Below, piece by piece: positions 49,348 to 59,593 of a stretch of 64,000 nucleotides of DNA. Numbering within the stretch: the first letter of the stretch is position 1; each line of letters starts with the position of its first letter. The stretch comes from Oceanispirochaeta sp. (GTDB lineage: Bacteria; Spirochaetota; Spirochaetia; DSM-2461), in NCBI GenBank assembly GCA_963666275.2, contig CAXXOA010000002.1, positions 352,001 to 416,000 of the forward strand, in the 5' to 3' direction. Under the pieces are notes generated by a model. That model ran no database searches. It saw nothing but the letters and a program-made list of their open reading frames with translations, and was not told the DNA's origin. The position numbers were made by a program, and so were the translations under genes.

Positions 49348-50130
49348 TTAAACAGTGGCCCTGGTGGCTCCCGTAGAGATCCCGCCATCCACCAGAAGGC
49401 ACTGACCGGTTATGTATTCACTGGCATCCGAGGCCAGAAATACCACAGCCCCATCCAGATCCCGGGGATGGCCCGGACGGTTCAGGGGGATCCTGTCCTC
49501 TATGTATCTCACCCAGTCCGTGTTCTCATAAAGGACCCGGTTCTGTTCGGTTTTAAACCAGCCCGGTGCCAGGCAGTTGACTGTCACACCATAGCCGCCC
49601 CATTCATCGGCCAGACTCATGGTCATCTGCTTGATCCCTCCCCGGCTGGCACAGTAGGGGGTGATCCCGGCGTAGCCGAATACACTGGTAACGGAACCGA
49701 TATTGATAATACGTCCCTTCCGGGCTTTTATCATGCCCTCCGCTATAGCCTGGGCTACGAAAAAAGGCCCTCTCAGGTTCGTATCCAGTATGGTATTCCA
49801 TTCCTCCCATGTCACATCCAGGGCCGGTTTTCGAATATTGCACCCGGCGTTATTCACAAGGATATCAATGGCATCAAACTGGCTGTGAACCTGCTCTGCC
49901 ATCTGCCGGATGCTCCGGGGATCTGTCACATCCAGCTCAACAGGAAAAACCTGCCTTCCCATAGCGGAGATTTCTTCAGAGAATGCCTGCAGACTATCCA
50001 GACGCCGGCTTGTGATGACAAGGTCTGCTCCGGCTTCTGCCAGCGCCCGACCCATATACTGCCCCAGTCCCCGGCTGGCACCGGTGACAAGAGCTGTTTT
50101 CCCTGATAGATCAAAGAGTGTTTGTTTCAT
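49348..50130 (-). CDS. SDR oxidoreductase (gluconate 5-dehydrogenase/KduD-like)
   Basis: FDLSGKTALVTGASRGLG, NNAG, YCASR, VDGG. Confidence 0.88.
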   Translation of the reverse strand: MKQTLFDLSGKTALVTGASRGLGQYMGRALAEAGADLVITSRRLDSLQAFSEEISAMGRQVFPVELDVTDPRSIRQMAEQVHSQFDAIDILVNNAGCNIRKPALDVTWEEWNTILDTNLRGPFFVAQAIAEGMIKARKGRIINIGSVTSVFGYAGITPYCASRGGIKQMTMSLADEWGGYGVTVNCLAPGWFKTEQNRVLYENTDWVRYIEDRIPLNRPGHPRDLDGAVVFLASDASEYITGQCLLVDGGISTGATRATV

Positions 50131-50144
50131 AGTATTTCCTTTTT

Positions 50145-51179
50145 TTACGGGAGTAGAATCACTTTCAGCAGACTTGCCGAACCTTTTTCAAGAAGTTCCA
50201 TTCTGGAAGCCCCTTCGGAGAGAGGAACAGCCTGGGAGATCAGTTTTGAGACATCGATCCGGCGGCTGCGGATCATATCAATACAGATCTGATACTCTCC
50301 GGCAGAGGCGTTGGACCCCTGAAGGCGGAGCTGCCTGGCAACCACAGCCTGCAGAGGAATATCGATGTCTGGAGAAAAATTCCCTATCATTGTCAGGGTC
50401 CCTCCCCGGCCCAGGGTTTGTAGCCCCGAATTGGCTGTCACAGACAGACCTACCGCATCGATAGCGCAGTCCGCGCCCCTGCCTCCGGTCAGGGCAAGGA
50501 TCTCCCGGGGTACATCTTTTTCCGCCGAATTGAAAACGCCTGCGGCTCCCAGTTCCCTTGCGATATTCAGTCTCTCCTCATCCAGATCCGCCACAAATAC
50601 CCGACTGCACCCGGAGGCGAGGAGAACCTGCAGAGTCAGTAATCCGATCACTCCCGCTCCGAAGACTATTGCCGTATCTCCCAGGGATACTGGTGTGATA
50701 TTTACAGCATGAAGAGCGATGGAAAGGGGCTCTATCATGGCGCCCTCCTGAAAACTCAGCTCATCGGGTAATCTGTAGAGAATCCTCTCGGGAACACAGA
50801 TGTACTCAGCAAAGGTCCCGTCCCGGGAATACTCATCACAGCCTACGCCCAGAACTTTCCTGTTTTGGCAGAAGTTGATTTTTCCCTGACGGCAGTAGAA
50901 ACACTCTCCGCAGTAAATGGTGGAATCAAAGGTGACCCTGTCCCCGTTCTGAAACTCTTTCACGTTCTTTCCTGACGCTTCAATGATCCCCGCAGCTTCA
51001 TGCCCCATTATCAGGGGAGGAATCCTCCGGCCTGTACTGCCGTTGAATCCATGAACATCGCTGCCGCAGATCCCCGTAGCCCGGATCCGGATCAGGACTT
51101 CATCAGGCCCGGGAACAGGCTTTTCCACCCGGGAGAGAACAAGATTTCCATAACTCTTCAGCACCAGAGCATCCATCAT
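50145..51179 (-). CDS. Zinc-dependent polyol/sugar-acid dehydrogenase
   Basis: GICGSD, GHE, CGECFYC...C, GAGVIG. Confidence 0.9.
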   Translation of the reverse strand: MMDALVLKSYGNLVLSRVEKPVPGPDEVLIRIRATGICGSDVHGFNGSTGRRIPPLIMGHEAAGIIEASGKNVKEFQNGDRVTFDSTIYCGECFYCRQGKINFCQNRKVLGVGCDEYSRDGTFAEYICVPERILYRLPDELSFQEGAMIEPLSIALHAVNITPVSLGDTAIVFGAGVIGLLTLQVLLASGCSRVFVADLDEERLNIARELGAAGVFNSAEKDVPREILALTGGRGADCAIDAVGLSVTANSGLQTLGRGGTLTMIGNFSPDIDIPLQAVVARQLRLQGSNASAGEYQICIDMIRSRRIDVSKLISQAVPLSEGASRMELLEKGSASLLKVILLP

Positions 51180-52174
51180 AAGGCAACCCCTCCCACCGCA
51201 TAGGCGGGAGTCTCCCCCCGGAGAAAAGAGACCACTGATTCGACAGACATCTGCTGCATCCGGAGTTTTCCCATATCCGTATCGGATCCCACATGGGGAG
51301 TGGCTATTACATTCAGTGAATTTTCAAGGGGGAGGTCTGGATACTCCCAGGGTTCATCCAGACAGAATCCGCGCAAACCGCCGGACCGGACAGCCTGATA
51401 GGCCGCCCGGTTATCAGTGAGCCCTCCCCGGGCACAGTTGATAAGACAGGCGGATCTTTTCATAAGTCTGATCTCCTCCTGGCCTATAATCCTCTGTCCC
51501 CCCGAGGCATGGAGAGTAATAAAATCGGAGACTTCGCAGAGCCGGGGCAGATCCACATATTCCACTCCCGCCTCCTCCGCCCAGAGTCTGTCGGGAAAGA
51601 GGTCAGAGGCAAGGATCTTCATTCCGAATCCACTCATCAGAGAGACAACCTCTCTTCCGATGGCTCCTGTCCCCACGATGCCCATGGTTTTTCCTTTCAC
51701 ATCCAGCCGGGACACGCCGCTTTTAAGCTTCCCCTGACGGCCTCTGGCATTCTGGTGGATCATACGCCCTGCGGTACCCAGCAGGCAGGAGACAGCCCAT
51801 TCCGCTGTGGACTGGGCGCTGGCCAGGGGTGTATTGGTAACTGTTATTCCCGCCTCTGCGGCAGCAGCAATATCCACAGAGTTATATCCGATGCCGTACC
51901 GGGCGATAAGGCTCAGATCTCCCCCGTAGGTTCTGCCGGCCCGCCTGAGAAGGGCGGATTCCCAGGGCTCCAGATCTGCAATCACAGCTATAGCGCCCTG
52001 TATCTCTTCATGGGTTACAGGTTCGGAAGGATTCCGGTCACAGCGGTATTCAATATCCACGGAAGCCTGCCTGGCAGCTTCTTCCAGCAGCCTTGCGGGC
52101 TCTCCCTCTCCGGATGGATGGGAAGTCAGTTCGTCCAGAAAACTTGTGGCAAAGACAAGGACTTTCTTGTTCAT
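51176..52174 (-). CDS. D-isomer-specific 2-hydroxyacid dehydrogenase
   Basis: ARYGIGYNSVD, GTGAIG, INCARG, TPHVG. Confidence 0.88.
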   Translation of the reverse strand: MNKKVLVFATSFLDELTSHPSGEGEPARLLEEAARQASVDIEYRCDRNPSEPVTHEEIQGAIAVIADLEPWESALLRRAGRTYGGDLSLIARYGIGYNSVDIAAAAEAGITVTNTPLASAQSTAEWAVSCLLGTAGRMIHQNARGRQGKLKSGVSRLDVKGKTMGIVGTGAIGREVVSLMSGFGMKILASDLFPDRLWAEEAGVEYVDLPRLCEVSDFITLHASGGQRIIGQEEIRLMKRSACLINCARGGLTDNRAAYQAVRSGGLRGFCLDEPWEYPDLPLENSLNVIATPHVGSDTDMGKLRMQQMSVESVVSFLRGETPAYAVGGVAL

Positions 52175-52323
52175 CAGGGGTTCCTCTTTTTTCTCAATCC
52201 AGGATTGATCTCTTTGATCTCATCTTAAATTGCCCTCAGAAGAACACAAGAAAATTGCGGCCAGCAGTATTATCCCGGGATGAACCGGAAATGACAGCTG
52301 TGAGCGGTATGGGAATATGTGAA

Positions 52324-53076
52324 TCAGACCCGGAGGCCCATCCTGATTTTGAAGTCTTTCATCCTTTCCCGGCTGACCTGGAGGGATGAGGAGTTTTCGA
52401 GGACCACAGCCAGCCGTCCCTGTCCCCAGGGCATAAGACGGAGAATCTTTTCGAGGTTGACAATGGCATTCCGGTGGATACGCATAAACGTCCGGGGATC
52501 CAGCCGTTTTTCAAACTGGTTCAGAGTTGTATCCGTCTGAAATTCCCTCTCTTTTGTCTGTATATAGACAAGACCTCCCACTATTTTAAAGCAGAGGATC
52601 TCTTCAACTGGAATGATGGCATAGACATGCTTATCCCTGACGCTGACTCTCTGGAGATAGTCCTCTGCTGAACTGAGACTGTCTACTGCGCTTCTGGTCC
52701 TGTCCTTGTAGTCATCCGGATCGACAAGGACTTTTTTCAGCTGATCGATAGACTGCCTGAACCTGTCCTTGCTGAAGGGTTTAAGAAGATAGTCCAGGGC
52801 ATGAACATTAAAGGCCTCTATGGCGTACTCATCGTAGGCTGTGGTAAAGACAACAATGGCATCATGAGTCAGCGCCCTGACGACTTCAAAACCATCCATC
52901 CGGGGCATCTGAATATCCAGAAAGAGGACATCCGGCTTCAGCTCATTGGCCATACCCACCGCGTCCGCTCCGTTGGAGGCCTCTCCGAGGACCTGGATTT
53001 CATCGTATTCCGCCAGAAAGGACAGAAGCCTCTCTCTGGCCGGCTGCTCATCATCCACCACAATGACTTTAATCAA
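52324..53076 (-). CDS. LytTR response regulator
   Basis: VVDDE, FLDIQMP, YLLKP, FMRIHRNAIVN, VSR; TTG start after GGGGAG. Confidence 0.93.
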   Translation of the reverse strand: MIKVIVVDDEQPARERLLSFLAEYDEIQVLGEASNGADAVGMANELKPDVLFLDIQMPRMDGFEVVRALTHDAIVVFTTAYDEYAIEAFNVHALDYLLKPFSKDRFRQSIDQLKKVLVDPDDYKDRTRSAVDSLSSAEDYLQRVSVRDKHVYAIIPVEEILCFKIVGGLVYIQTKEREFQTDTTLNQFEKRLDPRTFMRIHRNAIVNLEKILRLMPWGQGRLAVVLENSSSLQVSRERMKDFKIRMGLRV

Positions 53077-55117
53077 AATACTCCCCCTTAACGGGGATTC
53101 TGATCCTGACAAGCAATCCCCGTGTCTCCTTTTTTTCAAACTCCAGATTTGTTCTGTACAGGGTGAGAAGCCTCTGGTTCACATTTTTAAGCCCTGTCCG
53201 GCTGTTGTTCAATAAACCCTCCAGCTCCACCTTTTCCGTGCCGTTATCGGAGATTTCAATAACAAGATCAGGCCGGCTGAACCGTATTTCCAGCTTCAGC
53301 TTGATCCTCCCTTCGGGATCCCCGCCGTACTTGATGCCGTTTTCGATAATAGGCTGCAGAAGCATAGGGGGAATCATCACTTCCATGGCGGAATCATCAA
53401 TGAGGTAATCCACATTCAGGCTGCTGCCGTGACGGATCCCTTCTATTTCCAGGTACTCTTTTATATGAAGGATCTCCTCGCTCAGGGGAACGGTCTTCCT
53501 TTTGGTGGAGATAAGAGAGTAACGGAACAGTCCCGCCAGTTTTTCCACCACTCCCACCGCGGTAGAGCTGTCGGTTTCTATGAAGTGGGCAATGGTATTG
53601 AGAGTATTGAAAAAGAAATGGGGATTGATCTGGGCCCGCAGAGCCCTCAGCTCCGCTTCTACAGCCTGGGCTTCCAGTTTTTCCCTTTCCCGGCCCATCC
53701 TGACCCGGATGGATTCATTGGAGAACAGAAGCAGTACCCCGTCGGGATCCCGCCCGTTGTCCGAAAGGGGACGGGCATTGAGCTTTACAGGAAGGACCTC
53801 GCCGCGGCAGGTGTACAGATCGCAATAGAAATCGGTCACAGCTTCACCGCAGAACATCTTTTCAATAAGCCGAGGATTCAAGGCGGAGAGCTGCCCCAGA
53901 GGATCGCACTGATCAAGGTCCTCCTGGGATTCCACCCCCACGAGATTCAGAAATCTATGATTGGTCTCCACGATACGTCTGTCCATTCCGAGTAGAAGGA
54001 TACCTTCATCGATAACTTCAAACATGCTGGTCAGAGTAGAGATCTTGTCGGCAATTTCCCGGGACATAAAGTTAAAACTCCTGGCAAGCACATCCTGGGG
54101 GGATTTCAGTGCAACCTCCATGCCGTACTGTCCATCCCTGATCCAGTCGGCTGTGACGGCAAACTCCTTCATATAGGCGGCGACCTCTTTCAGGGCGTTT
54201 CCCACAACACCCTGCCGGGGTAGATCCAGCAGGGAGGTTTCAATATGGCCTGTGGCAAGACGCCGGGCCAGACGGGAAAGATGGGTGTAATGGGTTATCA
54301 GGTCATCCACCGACTGCTCCAGCAGCAGCAGTTCATCCTCCGGATCGCTCCTCTGGGGTTCCACGCTTTTTCCTATAAACCCTTTCAGTTTTTTGCTGAG
54401 GTTCACAATGGGCAGAGAGAGAGCATTTGTAAAATGTCCTGTAATAAGAAACAGGCTGATCAGGAAGATTATAAAAAAGGCTATACTGAAAGAGTTCTGC
54501 AGAGCCTGAAGCCTGCTGTACTCCCGATCCATCAGCTGCAGGATCACGGCAAATAGATAGTTCATTGTATCGCTGTAGATGGGGAAGAATTCCACACCGT
54601 CGATATACTCTTTCAGTGCATAGGCGGAAAAAAGGTTCTCCGGATCCTCCCGGGAGATCAGCTCCATGTAGATGGGATACATCCTCTGCAGTCCCGGCTC
54701 CTGTATAAGAAGCTCTTCGATTCTCACAAATCCCTCGCTCTCCCGGATTTCCTCCAGGCGCTGAAGATTCACTATGGCCAGCTGCCAGACATGATTCAGA
54801 TTGGCCACGTATTCCTGAATATCCCGGCCGTAGAGGGATCCCTCTCCCGACTCCTCCACCAGGGCGGAGAGCCTTTCATTAAAGGTATCTTTATTGCGGC
54901 TGAACTTTCTGTAGGTCTCCCCGTCATTCCAGTTACTGACGGTTTCATTCATAAAGATAAGGATATCACCCCAGAGAATATTCACTTCCAGAAGGGCGTT
55001 TTTATCTTTCTCCATGGAGAGGCGGAAAGAACTCAGGAAAAAGGAAAGTGCCACATAGAAAAGAACGATGAGGATAACAATGATATAGGAGCGGAAAATC
55101 CTTCGCCGGATATTCAT
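53069..55117 (-). CDS. LytS/YehU-type sensor kinase (2 TM, HAMP, PAS-like)
   Basis: LRAQINPHFFFNTLN, QPIIENGIKYG, DNG, GLKNV. Confidence 0.92.
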   Translation of the reverse strand: MNIRRRIFRSYIIVILIVLFYVALSFFLSSFRLSMEKDKNALLEVNILWGDILIFMNETVSNWNDGETYRKFSRNKDTFNERLSALVEESGEGSLYGRDIQEYVANLNHVWQLAIVNLQRLEEIRESEGFVRIEELLIQEPGLQRMYPIYMELISREDPENLFSAYALKEYIDGVEFFPIYSDTMNYLFAVILQLMDREYSRLQALQNSFSIAFFIIFLISLFLITGHFTNALSLPIVNLSKKLKGFIGKSVEPQRSDPEDELLLLEQSVDDLITHYTHLSRLARRLATGHIETSLLDLPRQGVVGNALKEVAAYMKEFAVTADWIRDGQYGMEVALKSPQDVLARSFNFMSREIADKISTLTSMFEVIDEGILLLGMDRRIVETNHRFLNLVGVESQEDLDQCDPLGQLSALNPRLIEKMFCGEAVTDFYCDLYTCRGEVLPVKLNARPLSDNGRDPDGVLLLFSNESIRVRMGREREKLEAQAVEAELRALRAQINPHFFFNTLNTIAHFIETDSSTAVGVVEKLAGLFRYSLISTKRKTVPLSEEILHIKEYLEIEGIRHGSSLNVDYLIDDSAMEVMIPPMLLQPIIENGIKYGGDPEGRIKLKLEIRFSRPDLVIEISDNGTEKVELEGLLNNSRTGLKNVNQRLLTLYRTNLEFEKKETRGLLVRIRIPVKGEYFD

Positions 55118-56442
55118 TCCTTCTCCTCCCTTTCCTCTTTCAGCTGCCGGTTCAGCAGCTCCGATGCTTTGAAGGCACTCTCTGTCAGACTGTCATTGAG
55201 GATGGATGCGGTGATGAGAGTACTGACTGATTCTCTGGCCCGGTTTATATCCAGAACCGGGGGATTCCAGTTGGTGACAGCGCTGTCATAACTGAGCAGA
55301 GAGGCATCGATCCACTCCCGGGAGAGCCCCTCGGAACTCTCTGCCAGATCTTCCCAGGCACTCCTTCTGGCTGCGGGGATCCCCTTGCGAAGGCCCTGCA
55401 GGGCAATATCCCTGCCTGTAGCCCATTGGATAAAGTACCAGGCGGCTTCTTTCCGGGAAGAGCCCGAATTGAGGGAGAGCCCCCATATGGAGGCATGGGG
55501 AACCGCACCGGCAGGACCCCGGGGGATCATGGCATAACCGACCTTCCCCACAACCTGGGAAACCTGAGAGTTCTCGTAATTGGACTTGAATACATTGGCG
55601 TCATAGATCATGGCGGCCCGTCCCTGCATAAACAGGGAAGTACTGCCGTACCAGTCATTGGATGGAGCGCTGGAGGGGCCGTAGAGCCTGAGAAGCCGCC
55701 CGTAGAATCGGGACGCTTCCAGCGACTCGGGCGAGTGAAGGGCCGCCCGGCCCCGGGAATCCAGCCAGTCTCCTCCGAAGGAGTGGACAAAGTCGATCCA
55801 CTGGCTTGTGGAAGCCCCCCTCTTTCCCCTCATGGTGATGCCGGAAATCTGACCCTCCGACTCCACATAGACTTTACGGGCAGCCTCCTCCAGCTGCTCC
55901 ATGGTATGGGGAACCTCGAGTCCGAACTGATCCAGGATCAATTTGTTGTAGGCCAGAAGGCTGGTCTCCATCATAATGGGAAGGACATAGGTTTTGCCCT
56001 GGCGGATTCCCGCATTCAGGGCGGTTACGATGATATCTTCCGGGTCATAACCGGGCCAGGAGAGACTCGTATTTCTCATTAGGGGAGTCAGATCGTCAGA
56101 CCAGCCTTCCTTTACATAGGAATCCAGGCTGTTTCCGGGCATCATCATAAAGACATCCACCCGGGAAACTCCGGAAAGCATCTCCACCATCCTTTTGATC
56201 CTGAACTGATCCTCCGGATAGACTTCGAGAGAGACCTCTATTCCGGTTATGGCAGTAAACTGGGATAGCCGGGGCTTGATCAGATCCACCCAGGGATGCT
56301 TGTTGGCCAGGACAACCAGTTTTTCTCCTTCAAACTGCCTCAGCCCCGTCTTGTCGGTAACGGACGGACTCTCCTTCCAGCCGCAGCCTGCCAGCAGAAG
56401 AAGAGCCAGTATCAGGATAAGATTTTGTCGGAGTCGTAACAT
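55114..56442 (-). CDS. Sugar-type solute-binding lipoprotein
   Basis: LLAGC lipobox, LAYNK, FMQGRAAM, AAWYFIQWAT; ATGA overlap with the kinase. Confidence 0.88.
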   Translation of the reverse strand: MLRLRQNLILILALLLLAGCGWKESPSVTDKTGLRQFEGEKLVVLANKHPWVDLIKPRLSQFTAITGIEVSLEVYPEDQFRIKRMVEMLSGVSRVDVFMMMPGNSLDSYVKEGWSDDLTPLMRNTSLSWPGYDPEDIIVTALNAGIRQGKTYVLPIMMETSLLAYNKLILDQFGLEVPHTMEQLEEAARKVYVESEGQISGITMRGKRGASTSQWIDFVHSFGGDWLDSRGRAALHSPESLEASRFYGRLLRLYGPSSAPSNDWYGSTSLFMQGRAAMIYDANVFKSNYENSQVSQVVGKVGYAMIPRGPAGAVPHASIWGLSLNSGSSRKEAAWYFIQWATGRDIALQGLRKGIPAARRSAWEDLAESSEGLSREWIDASLLSYDSAVTNWNPPVLDINRARESVSTLITASILNDSLTESAFKASELLNRQLKEEREEKE

Positions 56443-56498
56443 AATAATCTGCCTCTCTCGGAAGAGAGGATTATACCACCTTTCCGGGATTAGGGTGA

Positions 56499-57776
56499 CT
56501 AAAACAGGTTCGGTATAAACATAACCAGACCGGGAAAGAAGATCAGCAGAACAAGAACAAACAGCAGGGCTCCCAGAAAAGGAAGGAGCTGTTTCACCAG
56601 CTGCTCCATCTTTACATTGGCCACACCCGACGCCACGTAGAGCACTGTTCCCACCGGAGGAGTGACAAGTCCGATCCCCAGGTTAATACTCATTATAACA
56701 CCAAAATAGACAGGATCGATGCCGACTTCCATCATAACCGGTGTCAGAATAGGCGCCAGGATCAGAATCGCCGGCGTCAGATCCATGACAAAGCCGATCA
56801 GAAACAGAAGGAAGTTGCACAGCAGCAGGATCAGTATTTTTGAGTCTGTCAGCCCTGTGAGAAGATCAGCCAGAGAGGCGGGAACCCTTGCCCTGGTCAG
56901 CAGCCAGGCGGAAACCATGGCCATACCGCAGAGAAACAGCACAATCGCGGTGGTCTTTGCCGTAGACAGAAGGATCCTCGGAAGATCCCGCAGGGTAATC
57001 TGTTTGTAATAGAACAGCCCCAGAAGCAGGGACACCACAGCGGCCACAGCTCCGGCCTCGGTTGCGGTAAAGATTCCTCCCAGGATTCCCCCTACGATGA
57101 TGACGGGAAGAGTCAGGGCCGGCCAGACTTCCTTCAGGGCCTTCCAGACAGCGTGCATGGAAAAGGAGTTTCCCTGGTGGCTGTTTCCATAGCCATGCCT
57201 CCTGCTTGTAAAGTAGGTAACCACCATCAGAGCCAGACCGACGATGATCCCCGGGATGATCCCCCCCAGGAAAAGTTTGGCAATAGAGGTACTTGTAACA
57301 ATACCGAAAAGGATAAAGGGGATACTGGGAGGGATAATAATCCCGATCACAGCGGAGCTTGCTGTTACGGCAGCGGAATAGGAGGGCGGGTATTTCTGCT
57401 CCACCATGGGAGGAACCATCAGGCCTCCGATCGCTGCAGTATCGGCTATGGCCGAACCGCTGATACCGCCGAAAAACATACTGGCAAGTATATTCACATG
57501 CCCCAGGCCTCCGGTGATATGACCCACAAAAGCATCGGCCAGTTTAACGAGCTTTTTGGCTATACCGCCGTAATTCATAACCTCTCCCACAAACATAAAG
57601 AAGGGGATGGCCAGAAGGGGAAAACTATTCATTCCTGAAATCATCCGGCTGGGCAGTACCGTCATGGGCAGATCCATTAGAAAAAGCATGACAAGGTTAG
57701 CCAGACCCAGAGAAAAAACCACCGGAATGCCTATCGCAACCGAGGCAAATAGTATTAATAGAAAAATCCAAAGCAT
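56499..57776 (-). CDS. dctM: TRAP transporter large permease
   Basis: LLAIPFF, GISGSAIAD, IIPPSI, TATEA, TPPVG. Confidence 0.94.
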   Translation of the reverse strand: MLWIFLLILFASVAIGIPVVFSLGLANLVMLFLMDLPMTVLPSRMISGMNSFPLLAIPFFMFVGEVMNYGGIAKKLVKLADAFVGHITGGLGHVNILASMFFGGISGSAIADTAAIGGLMVPPMVEQKYPPSYSAAVTASSAVIGIIIPPSIPFILFGIVTSTSIAKLFLGGIIPGIIVGLALMVVTYFTSRRHGYGNSHQGNSFSMHAVWKALKEVWPALTLPVIIVGGILGGIFTATEAGAVAAVVSLLLGLFYYKQITLRDLPRILLSTAKTTAIVLFLCGMAMVSAWLLTRARVPASLADLLTGLTDSKILILLLCNFLLFLIGFVMDLTPAILILAPILTPVMMEVGIDPVYFGVIMSINLGIGLVTPPVGTVLYVASGVANVKMEQLVKQLLPFLGALLFVLVLLIFFPGLVMFIPNLF

Positions 57777-57785
57777 AATAATATC

Positions 57786-58289
57786 CTACTCAATTGAGGT
57801 AATAGAATTTTCGTGAAATTCATCGCTTGTAAAAAGGGATACAAGCTTGCCCAGGCCGATCACAAGCATCATAAAGCCGCAGACCGGTACAATCATATAG
57901 ACAAAAGACATGGGAATCGAAAGGGCCGGTGAAACATTCATCACTGTCAGTGAAGCCTGATATCCGTACCATGTAATGAAACCCAGCAGTATGTTTATCA
58001 GGATAAAGCGGAAAATGGCCATCAAACGGCGAATGCTCCTGGATTCAATCTTCTCCACCAGAAAATTCAGCCCCACGTGCTCATCATTTTTAAAGGTAAT
58101 CACAGCTCCCAGAAAGGCCGTCCAGATAAAAAGGAAGCGGGACAGTTCATCCGCCCAGCCTACGGACTGGTTGATAACGAAGCGCATGAAAACATTGTAG
58201 GTAACAGTCAGAAACATGGAAACTGTCAGAAGAATCAGCAATGAGTTATAGAGACTTTCCAGGTTTTGAAAAAAGCGTTTTGCTTTCAT
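57786..58289 (-). CDS. dctQ: TRAP transporter small permease
   Basis: WADELSRFLFIW..FLG, four TM helices. Confidence 0.92.
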   Translation of the reverse strand: MKAKRFFQNLESLYNSLLILLTVSMFLTVTYNVFMRFVINQSVGWADELSRFLFIWTAFLGAVITFKNDEHVGLNFLVEKIESRSIRRLMAIFRFILINILLGFITWYGYQASLTVMNVSPALSIPMSFVYMIVPVCGFMMLVIGLGKLVSLFTSDEFHENSITSIE

Positions 58290-58310
58290 CTTTTTTTAAC
58301 TCCTTAAAGA

Positions 58311-58353
58311 AATGGCCGGCCTGCGTGTTCATATCCCCGGAGAACCGGCCATT
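58311..58353 (-). promoter_or_regulatory. Stem-loop between dctP and dctQ (possible mRNA stabiliser)
   Basis: AATGGCCGG/CCGGCCATT inverted repeat. Confidence 0.5.
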
Positions 58354-58385
58354 GTGTCAAAGGGCTCTTACAGCTTCTTCAACCC

Positions 58386-59393
58386 CTAGAAATTGTCAAT
58401 TTCCGACAGAACACTGTCGATCAGATCCTGACCGATCACATCGGAATATTTGTCATACACAGGACGGACAGTGGCCTGAAAAGCCGCTCTCTGCTGGGGA
58501 GTCAGGACTGTCACAGTCATAACGTCTTTGAGTTTTTCCATGTACTCTTTGTTGTAGCTCCGGTTGAGTTCCCTGTTTTTGTCTCTCGAGGCTTTGGCCG
58601 CATCCATGACAACTTTCTGAAGATCAGAGGGAAGATCATCCCAGAACTTCTGGGCAATCATAAGAACAAAGGGAGAGTAGACATGTCCGGTGTCAGTGGC
58701 AAAGCCCTGGACTTCGGGGAAATTCTGAAGATAGATGGTTCCCCAGGGGTTTTCCTGACCATCCACAACGCCCTGCTGCATAGCGGAAAAAAGTTCTCCG
58801 AAAGCCATAGGGGTCGGATTGGCGCCCATGGCTCTCCAGGCATCCAGGTGCATGGGGTTTTCCATGGTTCTGACTTTCATACCTTTCACGTCTTCAGGAC
58901 TGCTGACGGCTTTCACACTGTTTGTCAGGTTTCTGTATCCGTTTTCCCAGTAGACAAGCCCTTTGATTCCGATAGCCGAAAGTTTATCCAGAAGATCCTG
59001 TCCGACTTCTCCGTCCAGAACATAGTCTGCCGCTTCGTTGGAAGGAAAGAGGAAGGGCAGGTCAAACACACCATACTGGGGAATAAAAGGAACAATCGGT
59101 GCTGTAGAAGGACAGGTCATCTCCTGCTCTCCCCTCTGCAGGGCTTCCATCATCTCCCTGTCATCACCCAGCTGACTGGAGTGATACAGCTCTACAGTGA
59201 TCCTTCCCTGGCTGTTTTTTTCCACCATTTCCTTGAAGAACTCCAGAGCTTCGTACTGGGCGGATTTGTCGTTGAGACCGATTCCGGCAGTAATCTTATA
59301 AGTCTCCTGGCTCCCTTTGTCTCCCTGCCCATTGGCAAAAACGCCAAATGTCAGAACGGTTAAAACGATCAATAAAACGAGAATCTTTTTCAT
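58386..59393 (-). CDS. dctP: TRAP substrate-binding protein
   Basis: QLG.DRE, FDLPFLF, ENGYR, GMKVR, LFSAMQQGVVDGQENP; AGGAGG SD before ATG 59393. Confidence 0.94.
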   Translation of the reverse strand: MKKILVLLIVLTVLTFGVFANGQGDKGSQETYKITAGIGLNDKSAQYEALEFFKEMVEKNSQGRITVELYHSSQLGDDREMMEALQRGEQEMTCPSTAPIVPFIPQYGVFDLPFLFPSNEAADYVLDGEVGQDLLDKLSAIGIKGLVYWENGYRNLTNSVKAVSSPEDVKGMKVRTMENPMHLDAWRAMGANPTPMAFGELFSAMQQGVVDGQENPWGTIYLQNFPEVQGFATDTGHVYSPFVLMIAQKFWDDLPSDLQKVVMDAAKASRDKNRELNRSYNKEYMEKLKDVMTVTVLTPQQRAAFQATVRPVYDKYSDVIGQDLIDSVLSEIDNF

Positions 59394-59593
59394 GATTCCT
59401 CCTTTTGAAAAAATGAAATATGCCTTAATTATCCCCAGCCGAAAATTCCCCGCAATCAAATTCCTGCCAACAGCCATATGAAGGATTAAGCGGTAATATG
59501 CCCCCTTAAAGGGCTGTACTTCCATCTGCTTTTTTGGCAGTTCAATTGAATAAAGATCCTTTCAGGCATTGAAAAAAAGGATTACAATGACCC

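Noticed and set aside
59534..59551. sigma54-like TTGGCA-N6-TTGA upstream of the GH13 gene
   Set aside because: The -12 GC is absent, and a sigma70-type -10 at 59583 explains the promoter
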